A DNA stretch of 64,000 nt from Macrostomum lignano (lineage: Eukaryota). The notes under the pieces were generated by a model, which saw only the letters and a list, made by a program, of their open reading frames with translations, had not been told where the DNA came from and ran no database searches. A program made the translations under genes and the position numbers. Shown in pieces: positions 37,421 through 49,904 of this stretch (position 1 is the stretch's first letter; each line of letters starts with the position of its first letter). The stretch lies in contig NIVC01001102.1 of assembly GCA_002269645.1 (NCBI GenBank), positions 293,584 to 357,583 on the forward strand. Direction: 5' to 3'.

Positions 37421-38820
37421 TCAGGTGCCCGAGTCGCAGGCGGCTGAGGCCGAGTCCAGCAGGACGGACACGAAGCCCTGGTCACCAGGCCAGGTGCCGC
37501 CGAACGCGCAACCGCCACTGCAGAAGGAGCCGCCGCCTCCGCCGCTGTGGCCGAAGTTTAGTCCAGCTCCGCCTCCGCTGAAGCCGCCGCCGGCTCCAGG
37601 GGTGCCTTTCAGTGAGCCGGTCCAGCTGCCGCCTCCGCCGCCTCCGCCGAAGCCTCCATGGCAGACGCTGCCGTCTCCGGCGCTGCCGCCGACCCAGCCG
37701 TCGGCCAGACTGCCGCCTCTCTCTCCGTCCGAGGAGTTCCGTCTGGGGTTGACGGCCCTGCCGAGCCAGCCGGCGCCGCAGCCGCCGTGGGTTCCATCAG
37801 GGTGGGTGTTAGCGGGGTTGTTGGAGCCCGGCTGACCGTTTGTTCCGCCGAATCCCGCCAAGGACATATAGCCACCCAGACTGTTGGAACCGTTGATCCC
37901 GATCTCTCCTACGTTGTCCTACGGTGAAATCAATCAAACTGCTGATCTGATTGTTTTTTTATTCTAAACATTTACAATGTGAGCAACGGCAGCTACTGAG
38001 CTCACCATTTCTACTCCAGGAAGCTCCGCCACCTCCGCCGGCAGCCAGCAGCAGCAGCTGGTCGCCCGTCCGGTACACGAAGCTGCCGCCGCCTCCACCA
38101 CCTCCTTCCGAGGCCAAGTAGGTCGAGCCGCCCATCTGGCCCACAACGATGCTCAGCTGGGTGCCGGCTGTCAGGTTGACTCTGGCGCTCACCTGGGCTC
38201 CCTGGCCTCCGGATGTGCTCGTCATTAAGTTATCGCCACCTCTGGCGCCAGCAGCTTTGATCATGTAGCAGCCGGTCGTGTTGATGAGGACCCTTTGGAT
38301 TGAGCCGTTTCTGCCTGTGCTGCTGTCTGCAATGGAAAAGCGTCAGTGAGTTACAAAATTGAAGTGAGTGCAATTTCTGTCTGTAAAAATCATGTCAACC
38401 ACCCACGACTATGCATTGATGACTCACTCCGAAGCTGCACTGCAGGCAAAGGCCAGTCGCTGTCGTCCGCCTTTCACACCTTCGCACCGACCTGAGATCC
38501 GATGACTCGCTGCACCTGATCTGCTGAGATTGACAGCTTGGCGGTTGTTATGGTGACCATCTCGCACGTGGCATTGCTCTCCACTGAGACGGCAGCGCTG
38601 CAGCTCACCCTCTGGCACATTATTAGACAGTCGCTTGCATCAGTGGCCTCGGTTGTTGTCGTGACGTTGTTGTAGGCGTTTAGAACGGCTTCCAGCATCT
38701 GAAGCTGCTGCTCTGAGCACACAGAATGGATCCGCAAACTGGTGGTGCCTTGTACTCGAAGCACGAGCGAGCAGCAAACTGCGTTGGTGCAATGGGCGGT
38801 CAGCAATGAACAGCATGCAT
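37421..38820 (-). pseudogene. Copy C: divergent PAN-like + ALK-type glycine-rich gene with in-frame TGA in exon 2
   Basis: Exons ~38820-38428, 38326-38006, 37908-37421 with phase-1 junctions. TGA at 38476-38474 is followed by in-frame KADDSDWPLPAVQLR up to the GTGAGT donor. Start codon not resolved. Confidence 0.7.
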
Positions 38821-39620
38821 TGAATAACTGTAGGCAGCAGATTTTCAGTCAGAGTGGCAGTCACTTACCAAATAGGAAAAGTAATTGTAAAGACAGAACT
38901 TTATCAACCATGCTAGCTCCAGTGATAACTCGTTTTTTGGCCTTCAATTTCACTTGCAATTTTTCTTAAAAAGATTGTTAGATAGCTTTTTTACCTGTCT
39001 TGTGACTGCTGAAAACACCAATCAATTCCTTGGTTGTGTAGTGAGTTCTGTATATATACTCGCAGGCAGGAAACAGAGTGCGTTCGCTGCTACTTGTCTG
39101 GGAGCTGCGTTTGAGCAGACGCTAGCTAGAGATTAAATCAAGTAGACGTGAAAGGTAGTCTGAACAAAGGCGGGTTCGCAGCCGATTCCAGACATGAGCT
39201 GTCCTCGTGGCTCAGGAGCTTTGTCTATCGACGATTCTTATCGACGAAATCGATGCTTTCTGCAGGAGTTTTCTAAATAATAAAAACTATACTCGTAAAA
39301 CGGTTGTCGTCGTCTCAGATGCTTTGGGGGGGGGGGGCTTTATGCCGCGCGAGGCTGCTCTGCCTTGCTCAATTTTATTCAATTTATCCAACTTTAATTT
39401 TTCCCCTTTCATCCACCGTTGTTTCTAATCACTATCGTATTGAGCGCATCAAAATGCATTTCGATCTACCGAAAGGTCCTGCTGTCGGCAGATTTTGCAA
39501 TGGGACTGATAACCAGCAGCTTTTATGCATTTACTGGAAACGAGATTTGACTTTCAAATTACACATACAACGGTCGTTCAAAAAATCAGATAGCTGAGAT
39601 ACCTGCTTCCGCGGACTTAA

Positions 39621-39945
39621 AGATGAGATCATGCACAGTCAGATAGATGAGATCATGCACAGTCAGATAGATGAGATCATGTACAATCAAATAGATGAGA
39701 TCATGTACAATCAGATACATGAGATCATGTACAATCAGATAGATGAGATCATGCACAATCAGATAGATGAGATCATGCACAATCAGATAGATGAGATCAT
39801 GCACAATCAGATAGATGAGATCATGCACAATCAGATAGATGAGATCATGCACAATCAGATAGATGAGATCATGCACAATCAGATAGATGAGATCATACAC
39901 AATCAGATAGATGAGATCATGCACAATCAGATAGATGAGATCATT
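39621..39945. repeat. 24-bp minisatellite (gatgagatcatgcacaatcagata), ~13 copies
   Basis: Direct inspection. Confidence 0.95.
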
Positions 39946-40369
39946 TATCAAATAGAACTTGATTGTACTTGATATTACTGAACTTGAATCTAGATCCTCT
40001 GCGCACTCTAGCCGAGCGTCTTGCTAAATGATTTTTCCTTTTTTTCGCTCTGCAGAGCTACTTCGGAAAACAAAAAGTATCGTGGTGGCTGTCTCTGGTG
40101 GCTGGCTATCTGTTCTGCGTTCTGTTCAATACTTATTCGTTGCAATAAAAGTTGCCAGACGTGCTTTAAAATTCAGAAACAAATATACTCTTTCTTGTAA
40201 ATTTCTACAAAAAGATAGATGCAAAAGAGTTATTGTTAAATGGAGCAAGTTGAGAGCAAAGAGCATGCAAGGCGAGACGAAAGTGCCAAGTGCACTGACA
40301 AACAACGATACGATTTATTATAAGCGAGATTGTCAGCAGCAGTTTCTGCAGGAATTGTGGTCGAACGGC

Positions 40370-40900
40370 ACTATCTTCGTCCACGCTTTGAGTCCATCCT
40401 TAATGATCCTCACCAGCCTTTCTGCCTGACCGTTCGATGCTAAGTGGCACGACGGTGTGTGAAACTCCTGGCACCCGATGCCACTGAGGCACTTTCTCCG
40501 ACTTGAACTCCAACGCATTTTCCGACACCAGCGTCCGAAGCACTCCGTTCCAGCTGTGTCGATTCCACGAACATCGCGATCGAGACCACGCCACCAGAAC
40601 TCCTTGGAGATGTGCGCCTTGGTGTTGTCGGCGCTCGAATACAGCTCATCGTGCGCCACCTCCAGAATGCGCCTGCGGAGAACAGGTGGAAGCACAATTC
40701 TGGTTCCGTGGATCACCAGACCGTCTTCCACCGACAGCGCCTCCCCGCACGCTTTGTACTTCCTCAACTTGTACTTCCTGCAAGCTTCATCAACGCGCAC
40801 ATCCTGGTTCCCTCACGAAGATCCTGCAGAGTCACCAGAGCTCCTTCCGACACGACCTCTCCGACGCTCCAGCTGGTGCACGGTGTCACTCGGAGGGTCT
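40370..40900 (-). mobile_element. Degenerate Gypsy-type integrase fragment
   Basis: GTRIVLPPVLRRRILEVAHD...WWRGLDRDV, LVSENALEFKSE and HLASNGQAERLVRIIKDGL in broken frames. Confidence 0.75.
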
Positions 40901-40956
40901 TGGGCAGCAAAACTAACGAGACAGCCAGCGTGGCTGCTGCAGCAGGAATGATCAAA

Positions 40957-41506
40957 TCAGGACACAGCGGGTCACGGCAAGTCAGGACACAGCGGGTCAC
41001 GGCAAGTCAGGACACAGCGGGTCACGGCAAGTCAGGACACAGCGGGTCACGGCAAGTCAGGACACAGCGGGTCACGGCAAGTCAGGACACAGCGGGTCAC
41101 GGCAAGTCAGGACACAGCGGGTCACGGCAAGTCAGGACACAGCGGGTCACGGCAAGTCAGGACACAGCGGGTCACGGCAAGTCAGGACACAGCGGGTCAC
41201 GGCAATTCAGGACACAGCGGGTCACGGCAAGTCAGGACACAGTGGGTCACGACAAGTCAGGACACAGCGGGTCACGGCAAGTCAGGACACAGCGGGTCAC
41301 GGCAAGTCAGGACACAGCGGGTCACGGCAAGTCAGGACACAGCGGGTCACGACAAGTCAGGACACAGCGGGTCACGGCAAGTCAGGACACAGCGGGTCAC
41401 GGCAAGTCAGGACACAGCGGGTCACGGCAAGTCAGGACACAGCGGGTCACGGCAAGTCAAGACACAGCGGGTCACGGCAAGTCAGGACACAGCGGGTCAC
41501 GGCAAG
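40957..41506. repeat. 25-bp minisatellite (gtcaggacacagcgggtcacggcaa), ~22 copies
   Basis: Direct inspection; abuts the integrase relic. Confidence 0.95.
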
Positions 41507-42408
41507 CCAAACGGTGGCTGTATACTTAACTGAGAACTCTTGAGAAAGCACTGGACTTCCTGCTCCAACAGTTGCTAATAAAAAGCCAGTCTGAGCAGAT
41601 TGGGGAAATTGTGATAGGCTTTGTGCCATGGAGTTCAAAATCAGCATTGATCAGATTAAAACTGAAATAGCACTCGAGTAAGCACAAAAATGTCTCATTA
41701 ATTGAAAGTAGCAACTGGTAAAACAAACCCGGCTGTCAAATAATTAAAATTAAAATTTTAAATCGCAGCCGAATAAACAAAACTGTGATTGCTTAATTAA
41801 ACCGCGGGCATCGGATAGCAGCAGGCAAATCGATAGAGAAAGCGATAATAAATTCACAATCTGAGCAATTCGAACAAACACAGCAGTCGGATAAACAAAA
41901 CATGACATTGTGTTGTGTCGCGCACTTTTTCAGTAGGAGTGCACCCGTCCTCCAGACTGTTTTTCGTTGTTTACGTACGTGACCGTGAGTCACCCCCTTC
42001 AGTACGCCGTCCTAGGTTAGACATATCGATCGATACTGTATTGCGTCATCTGTACGCCAGCCGTCATCTGTGCGTTCCGACCACCGCTTCCCGACGTGAG
42101 GGAAGGCTGCGTGGTTGCGCCCCGACGCCCTAGACTCTCGGAAATTGTAAGCACTTGCGTCCTGACTCCTGACGCAGGCGAGCTAGGACCCGTATACTAG
42201 TAGTGTACCCTGTGCCCGCTACAGACCCCGTAGGCTAGGGACTCAGGGATGCAAAAATTAGATAAACAAAAAGGGCAATCAGATAAAAAGGGCAACTAAT
42301 TATCAAATGAATTATCAAACTCAATAATATTCGTTCGTTCGATGTCAGCAGACGAAACCGCCTGCTTCAAGAGTCACTCAGCTCCCTCACAGCCCGTTGC
42401 TCTCGCAG

Positions 42409-43411
42409 TCACGATGAGGCTCTCAGGAAGCTGTGCCGCAGCAGCTCCGCGGTGTCCGCTCGCTTCCTCGGGTCATAGTCTACGCACCTGAGGTAGAAGT
42501 CCTTCAGGCCGGCTGAGAACCCGTCCGCAATCCGAGGCATCGCCCGCTCTCCGTATCTCAGGATGACGATGCGCTGCTGCGGCTCGTTGCCGTCAGGAGG
42601 CTGCATGGCCGTCAGCTCATACACGGTGCAGCCGAAGGCCCACACGTCGGTCTTGGCTGAGTACGGAATCGAATTGCCCTCGCCCATGAGCATCTCGGGC
42701 GCCATGAAGTGCCAGGTGCCTTTTGGCTGGTTGCCTGCGCTCAGGCTGCAGGTGTTGAAGATCTCCCTGGCCAGACCGAAGTCGATCAGCTTGATGACGC
42801 CCTCGTTGGTGAGCATCACATTTTCGCTCTTGATGTCACGGTGCAAGATGGCGCCCTGCGGCTGGCAATGCAGAAAGTTCAGGCCTAAGCAGATCTGCAA
42901 GTGGAGCAGTTTTGAGCAGTCATGAGAATGCATCTATTCATTTTTTATCCCACTCATACTGACCACACACTGATAACACACTAATGTCATTCCAAAGGCA
43001 ATATGCCAGAGAACCCCGAGACGCACCTGTCTGGAGAAGTCCCTGACCTCGGATTCTTTGAACGGCTTGTTCTGACGCTGCATCAGCTCAAAGAGGCTGT
43101 GACCCAAGACCAGCTCGGTGAAGATGTACAGCCCATCTGACTTCTGCTCGCACTTGAGGAACTGCAGAATGTTGGGATGCGAGAGTCGCTTGAGGATCTC
43201 AACTCCCCGCTTCTCCATCTCGACGGCTTTCTGCAGCTTCCCCGATTTGTCGGTGCCGCTCAGAGGCAGCATCTTGACAGCCACCGTCTGGTTGCGGTCT
43301 GTGAGGGCCTTGTACACCTCGCCGAATCCACCACGGCCGATCAGCTGCTTCTTGTCCTCCTGCAGGATGAAGTCCCAGTCGGTGAAGCTGGGGTCCAGCT
43401 GCTTCTTGGTG
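42409..43411 (-). CDS. STE/MAP3K-like Ser/Thr kinase domain (exons 43411-43027 and 42894-42409); upstream exon(s) required
   Basis: IGRGGFGEVY, VAVK, HPNILQF, HRDIKSEN, DFG, GTWHFMAPE, DVWAFG; GT-AG intron 43026-42895. No ATG before the Gly-loop. Confidence 0.88.
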
Positions 43412-43673
43412 CTGAAAACACGAAGTGAAGGAATTCGGTAAATTTTGTGAATTTTGCGAAGACAACTTGTAATAAGTTGAAGAAGCTAAAGGCTTGTAGT
43501 TGAATGCGTAGATACTTTTAAAAAACGTGAAGAGCCAGCAGATACAACCTGGGCTTTTTATTCGACTCGTTTATTAACCCTAGGACTCAAGAAGGTGGTT
43601 TCGGCCTGACTGCCGGGCGCAGTGCACACGCACTGAAACTGAAACACGCACACAAAATAAAATCAATCAAATA

Positions 43674-44274
43674 AAGGTAAATATCAACATGAAGTATTAT
43701 TTGAGTTGCCGATGCATTTCGTCCATTTGCATTAGGACATCGTCAGGGTCTTTTTATGGAGAAACAATTTGAACGAATATTCAGTATATATAGATAGTTG
43801 AGAGTAACAAGAGTAGTTGAATTGAGTTTTTAATTGATGGTTTAAAACTTGTACATAGTAATCAATTTTGATACAGTATTGGTTGGGTAAAGTGCATATC
43901 AGTTTCAAGCCAGTCCGGTCATTGACAAATCAGCTAAAAAATTCTGAGTTGACGGCTAGCCCCACCCATCGCAAGTTGGTTATTTAACAACTAGTCAACT
44001 CAGAATTTTTTAGCTGATTTGTCAATGACCGGACTGGCTTGAAACTGATATGCACTTTACCCAACCAATACTGTATCAAAATTGATTACTATGTACAAGT
44101 TTTAAACCATCAATTAAAAACTCAATTCAACTACTCTTGTTACTCTCAACTATCTATATATACTGAATATTCGTTCAAATTGTTTCTCAATAAAAAGACC
44201 CTGACGATGTCCTAATGCAAATGGACGAAATGCATCGGCAACTCAAATAATACTTCATGTTGATATTTACCTTT
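43674..44274. repeat. Near-perfect ~280-bp inverted repeat with 40-bp spacer
   Basis: Arms 43674-43953 and 43994-44274 are reverse complements; one mismatch noticed (atggaga vs attgaga). Confidence 0.93.
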
Positions 44275-44484
44275 ATTTATCTACTCTTCATCAAGCGAGC
44301 CACTTTACCTAAAATCAATCAACCAGCGAACTCGCGACTCATAGCAAACAAACAACTGACATTCAATAACACTAGAATACACTATCATTAAAACTAAAAC
44401 ACCACAATGTCACAACACTCACCCTTTAGCGTCACCACATTTCTGCGTCAACAACCGCCTCCTCATATGTAAGCGCGGACTCAC

Positions 44485-44642
44485 CGAGTGTCTTCATGCG
44501 GTCGTCCCTCGGACGCTGAAGTAGGTCCAGGCCTGACGCGGTGCCGAGCTCGAACCCCGTGAGCGCCCTGCTCAGAAGCGGCCGATGAGGCTGGGTGGGA
44601 AGCTGCAGCGCTGTGGGAGCGAATGAGGGAGGCAGCTGCTGA
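44485..44642 (-). CDS. Putative linker exon between the ankyrin ORF and the kinase
   Basis: GC-rich segment bounded by ggcag| and |gtgagt. The SAAASLIRSH...EDTR frame splices in frame to the kinase exon at 43411. Confidence 0.45.
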
Positions 44643-45253
44643 CTGCCACAACATACCAAAGCAAAAGTGAAATAAATATTTCCAATCCGAAACCTCTCTT
44701 CCCAAATAAAACACCTGCAGCTATGACAGCTTCAGCTTGCTTGCAGCTTCAGTTCTCGCGCAACAGAATGACAGGCCAGCTAAACTTCAAAATGCTTCAC
44801 TGATTTTTGAACTCCGAGTAATTTTTCTGACTGCTTTTTGGAGCTCAGAACTGAGAGAATGCGAGTCCCAGGGTATTGATTCATAAATGCGCCAACATAA
44901 TAATTCCTTGTGTTAAAGAAACTCCTGCAGATATAGCTGTGGGTGGTGGCACCATGTGGAATTCGCGATTACAATGCAGAGATTAGGAGCGCCATGAGGA
45001 GCTGCCCTGACAAAATACACCTGTTAAATGTACACCGCAACCCCCAAAACATACGCAAAACAACCCAGCATCAACTCCCCAGACACCCGCGACACCCGCC
45101 ACACGCTACCACGGCCTGACAAATTCGTGACGCCCTGGCTTGACTGCGGCGCTGCTGAGAATTTAAGGGGCCGATCATCAAAGCGCAATGAATTTTCGCC
45201 AAAAATATTTTCAGTATTTCAGTGTCAGGCAGCAGTTCTCAGTCAGGACTCAC

Positions 45254-46185
45254 CCAGCTGAGGCGGCAGTCGGCGTTGAGCTGCCAGCGGGAGGCCGAGA
45301 GGCTTCGAGCCGCCACAGCGAGGAGGAAATCCAGGCTCGCTTTGCTGACTTGTCTGTGACCCACCGCCAACTCTCAACAGCATCAGTCATCGCTTCTCCC
45401 TGGTTGTTCTTCAAGCTGAAAATTTCGGCTCCGATTCGCTCAAAAATGAACTGAAGCGAGTCGACTGGTTGATGCTCAGCGGCCCAATGGACGGCCGTGT
45501 CACCGTATTTGTCAGGAACTGTGAGACAGTCGCTGCCGAGCTCCTTCACCAGCCACTTCAGATTTGAATTGTCAGACTTCCAAGCAGCAATGTGAAATGC
45601 TGTTCTATCACTATCTACCTTCAGCCGAAAGCAGTCAGTTCCGATCTGTCTCTTGATCCACTCCAGCGACTCGATGCTTTGATACAGAGCGGCCAAATGG
45701 ACGGCCGTGTCACCGTCTCTGTCAGAAACTGTGAGACAGTCGCTGCCGAGCTTCTTCACCAGCCACTTTAGACAAGAGTTGCTTTTTCTGTTCATAGCTG
45801 CAAAATGCACGACTGTCTGTCTCCAACGATCTACAATTCTCAAGCAGCGTTTGCCTCCCTTCTCTTTAACAAGCTTCATCCAAGATTCGTCCTGATGCTG
45901 GGCTGCCAAGTGCACTGGAGTCTGACCTCGGTCATTTCTATGTGTCAGACAGCCGGGTCCGAATCTGTCAATCAGCAGCTCCAGGCACGACGAACTCACC
46001 GGCTTGCAGGCCACGTGATGAGCAAGCGGCATTTTGCGAAGCTCTTCAAAGGGATAGTCTTGCGTGTCAAACCCGCCCACCTCCAGCTCGATGTTGCTGT
46101 CGATCTCACCGCACAGTCGCTGCAGCTCCTCGCTGTCTCCAGCCTCCAGCGCCGCTCTCAGCTTCCGCTCCATCTCTGTTGCCAT
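45254..46185 (-). CDS. Ankyrin-repeat protein exon (~6 repeats)
   Basis: ATG at 46185 (MATEMERKLRAALEAGD). Repeats GQTPVHLAA, QTVVHFAA, GDTAVHLAA, RTAFHIAA, GDTAVHWAA. GTGAGT donor at 45253 overlaps the ORF stop. Confidence 0.82.
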
Positions 46186-46985
46186 GGCTACACTGCTTCT
46201 CCTAGCAGCGCTTCTCTGCCGATCCGCTTTCCGTCGCAGCTGTTCCACACGGCTTCAAACTGAGTGCTTTGCTCTTCTTCAAGCGAATTTGCCTGCCAGC
46301 TCAGCAGCAGCAGCAAAAGTCCCGCTGTCACGGACTGAAATCTCTGAGCTCTCCCTGTGCAGAGAAATTTGTTTAAATGGACTGAGGCCGATTCTCTTCT
46401 CTGACCCAGCGGCTGTGTTTGAGGCCTGATTGGGTGCCAGGGGGTCCGGCAGCTGCTCTGCTCAGCGGGGTGAGAGATGCAGGAGCAGTGAGATGCTGCG
46501 AGCTCTGCTGAGTTAAACAATGAGAGCTGACTGTGGCTGCGTGCTCGGCATAGCAAGTGCATTGTCAGTGGGCAGGGGTGAAGGGGCGGCAGCTGAGACA
46601 CGAGGGGAGAGAGATGGAGGGAGGGCAGGGCTGTGAGGCCTGGAAGCCAAGCAGAGCTCTCTGACGATTTTCAATTTATTTTGCGATTGCATGGCAAATT
46701 TTTTGAAGAAAATTGCTTATAAGTAACTGAGAATGCTTTTAAGAAAAATTCAACGCTTGCAATTATTATTTTAAATATTATATATTAAAAATAATATTGT
46801 TTTCGACACATTTTTGTTTTCATGAACCGAATAATTCGAACTGCTCCCAACATTCTTTTCATTCACTTACACGCAGCTTCATTGGCCCCTATGTTTTTCC
46901 ACATTATTATTCCACATTAAAACTGTGGAATAATGGCCAAAATATTTTGTTATTGCGTCTGGGTAAAAGTATAATTACAATGGTT

Positions 46986-48004
46986 GGTTATTCGTAAGTG
47001 AGACTTTAGGATAATAGTCCGGCTCATGAGTGCGCGCAGCGAGTGCAGCGCGCAGCGAGCGCACGAGTGAGCATAGGACTATTATCCTAAAGTCTCACTT
47101 ACGAATAACCGCATTGTCGAATTTCAGTGGGGCCATAGACAAAAAGGGCATCGAAAGGAGAGAGGGGTTACCGAGGAGAGAGAGACATAAAGACTGAGGT
47201 GGTTTACTGGAGTTTGGGCCATAGACAACGGAGTTGCAAACAGGCTGGGGGTTAAGAGGGTGGAAAGGAAGGAGATGTGGAGAGAAAGAGAGAATAAAAC
47301 GTAAATAGCTACATTCGCTTGGCCATGGAGAACCAGGCGTCATATCCGATCAACTGGGGCAATCTGCCTGTCGAAAGTTTAGCCAACGTATCTAGCAGCG
47401 AACTCAATTGGATCTCAAGACTTTCCACATCTCAGAAGGACATGAAGGATAACGAAGACTTTTTGAACTTCTTGCACTTTCTTGAGACCTGGAATCGGCT
47501 GGGCATTCGATGAGCGAGATCATGGCTATCACGGGTCAAAAGTCCGAGAGCACGGTCCGGCGCTACCTGGCAGTTAAACGGGACAAGTCCCTGCAACAAT
47601 GCAGCGATGCAGTGTCGCGTGCGTTGAACATGGGACAAAGCGCCGCGACCCACGGTCAAGTAACAATGCCTGCTGACATCAGCATCCAAAGTTCCATCGT
47701 GCAAGAAGCAGTGAGCGTGTCTGATGGTCGTCAGATGAACGGTCGGAATATCTTTATTATGAACAACTGCACTTTCAACAATTGCAATCTGTAATGGTCT
47801 TCGGCACTATGACAATTGCGCCATATTGATACTGCACAATTAACTTTCCATAGCGCTAATCTTTTGTTGTTGGTGTTTGCTGTTTTGTTCTAAAAATAGG
47901 TGTCCATTATCCCGAGTTTGAAATCATTATCCTGAAGTTTAAGTGAAAAAATAAATAAATGTGCTCATGGTTTAACCATAGACGACTGCATTATCCTAAA
48001 GGCT
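46986..48004 (+). mobile_element. Second Crypton-like tyrosine-recombinase relic with 5' hairpin
   Basis: Perfect 35-bp inverted repeat at 46986-47020/47076-47110. Deleted ORF 47319-47794 carries SEIMAITGQKSESTVRRYL (YR TGH...Y box). A partial copy of the hairpin arm (attatcctaaag) occurs at ~47989. Confidence 0.6.
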
Positions 48005-48255
48005 GATTTTTGACAATGATTCTGTCTAAACTCGCTTTCTCATCGACTTCAAATCTTCTATGGTCAATTGACAGAATGAACGATGTCATGCACAGCATGC
48101 CACTGGTAATCGTAAGGTCAATCCGCTGTTTATTAAATTTTTTTGAGCGTGCAGCATCTTGCTGTGGTTTGTTCGAACTTCCTCAACAATATAATTCTGC
48201 AAGTAAACTGCGGATTATTTATAATTTAAATTGATAGCTTCACAGTGAGTCTAGA

Positions 48256-48321
48256 AGAATTTCCCACCGAGGTTTTCCCACAGCGAGGTTTTCTCGCGGG
48301 AAAAACTCGGTGGGAAATTCT
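48256..48321. repeat. Small palindromic MITE-like element
   Basis: agaatttcccaccgag ... ctcggtgggaaattct, a 16-bp perfect inverted repeat. Confidence 0.6.
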
Positions 48322-48377
48322 CGTGCTCCCTTCACAATAGCAATACGCCCCTGCTGAAAGCATTTTTCTTTTCTTAG

Positions 48378-48500
48378 CTCTCTCCTCTCCTCTTATCTCC
48401 TCTCCTCTCCTCTCCTCTCCTCTCCTCTCCTCTCCTCTCCTCTCCTCTCCTCTCCTCTCCTCTCCTCTCCTCTCCTACCCTCTCCTCTCCTCTCCTCTCA
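48378..48500. repeat. (CTCTC)n pentanucleotide microsatellite
   Basis: Direct inspection. Confidence 0.95.
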
Positions 48501-49904
48501 CGGACTACTTAATTATCGTTTATATAGAACGCCACACGCACGATTGGTGTAATTTTTTGGAGGCTGAATTTCCCTTTGCGTATGCTACAGCAAGCATTGA
48601 AATAATATCTTATCATTGAATGCAGATCCTTTTTCAGAGTGTTTTTTGTATCTATTTCACAGTTTTTTAATCAATCGTCGCGTCCTTCTATTTAAGTAGT
48701 CAGTGCTCTCCTCTCCTCTTCACTTCTCTCCTCTCCTCTCATTTGTACCTTCGTCTTTTCTTTCTTCCATCTCTCATCTCGTATCTCTATTCAATCTCCT
48801 CTCATCCTTCAGCTGTGCCGCAGTCATGCGCCAGATTCTCTATTTGGTCCTGGTAGTAAAAAAGGATTGCCGACCCCCATGGTTTAAGCTGTTGCACTCT
48901 CTGAAAACAACATTGCAGTTTGTCCTGCGTGCCTCGTTCGCCCAAGTTCGCGTCTGCCTGCCTTCGTGCTCCGATCGTGGAATTAATGGCCATAACAAAG
49001 AATTTCATGGATTAAATGTTACGTGTTACAAATTTGTACAAGGCAGCATATGTAAGTACATATATGTATGGCTTGATCTTGTGGGTCTGTCTAGAAAATA
49101 CTTAGAAAATGGGGCTGGCATTTTATACGTACTTTTGAAGACAACAGTTCTTCAGTCAGTCGGTATCTCTCTCACATTTGAATATCGTCAAATACAGCAG
49201 CTAACCTGCGTTCCCCACTTCTGAACCACTCCACCTGCCAAGGTTCCCCTTCACCATCAATCTATCCGAAGTTGAAACCGAAGACAATTGACTGATTAGT
49301 TGTTTGAAATAACTTCAATTGAAATTTCGGGAGCGACTTATTGGTAGCTACTTAATACTGTTTAAAAACTTTCTGTAGGAATCCACTTCAATCAATTGAT
49401 GAACATCTTTCGGCCATTGAAGCTTTATTGTGCAAAGTAAAGGGAATTTTCCTGACACTGGAGAGCTATATGCTCAGCAACACTGAAAACCGCCATCCCA
49501 GACCCATTTCACCGGAGCGAAAGCTGGTGTCAATGTTTGCACAGGTATGAAAATTTGTCAGGAAATTAATAATAGAGAGTTGACTACTTGTTCCAGATAC
49601 GAGTATAAACTACGAGCTATACTATACTAAACTCTAGCTATAACTCGTAATACGCTCGTAGAAGCTTAGATCCAAAGAAAATGTTTGCCAAAAAGTTCCT
49701 GAGCCTGTGACTTTTTAAACACCTACTTTAACTTGGCACTGAGAAGAGAAAGCAGAACTTGACAATACCTCCGAAATGCTACAAGCTGATTGCTTGGCAT
49801 TTCTTCAGTATTTTTATACAGGATTTTCAATGAAAATAGTCGCAAATGTTGCTGCAATTTAATCACAAAAACATTTACAAAAAAAGCAAAACATCACAAA
49901 AAAC

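Noticed and set aside
38474-38476. Selenocysteine recoding of the TGA in copy C
   Set aside because: The aligned position is not Cys in the paralogs, and no SECIS could be identified by eye.
48703-49224. 173-aa plus-strand ORF
   Set aside because: Begins in CT-rich low-complexity sequence and has no recognisable motif or coding bias.
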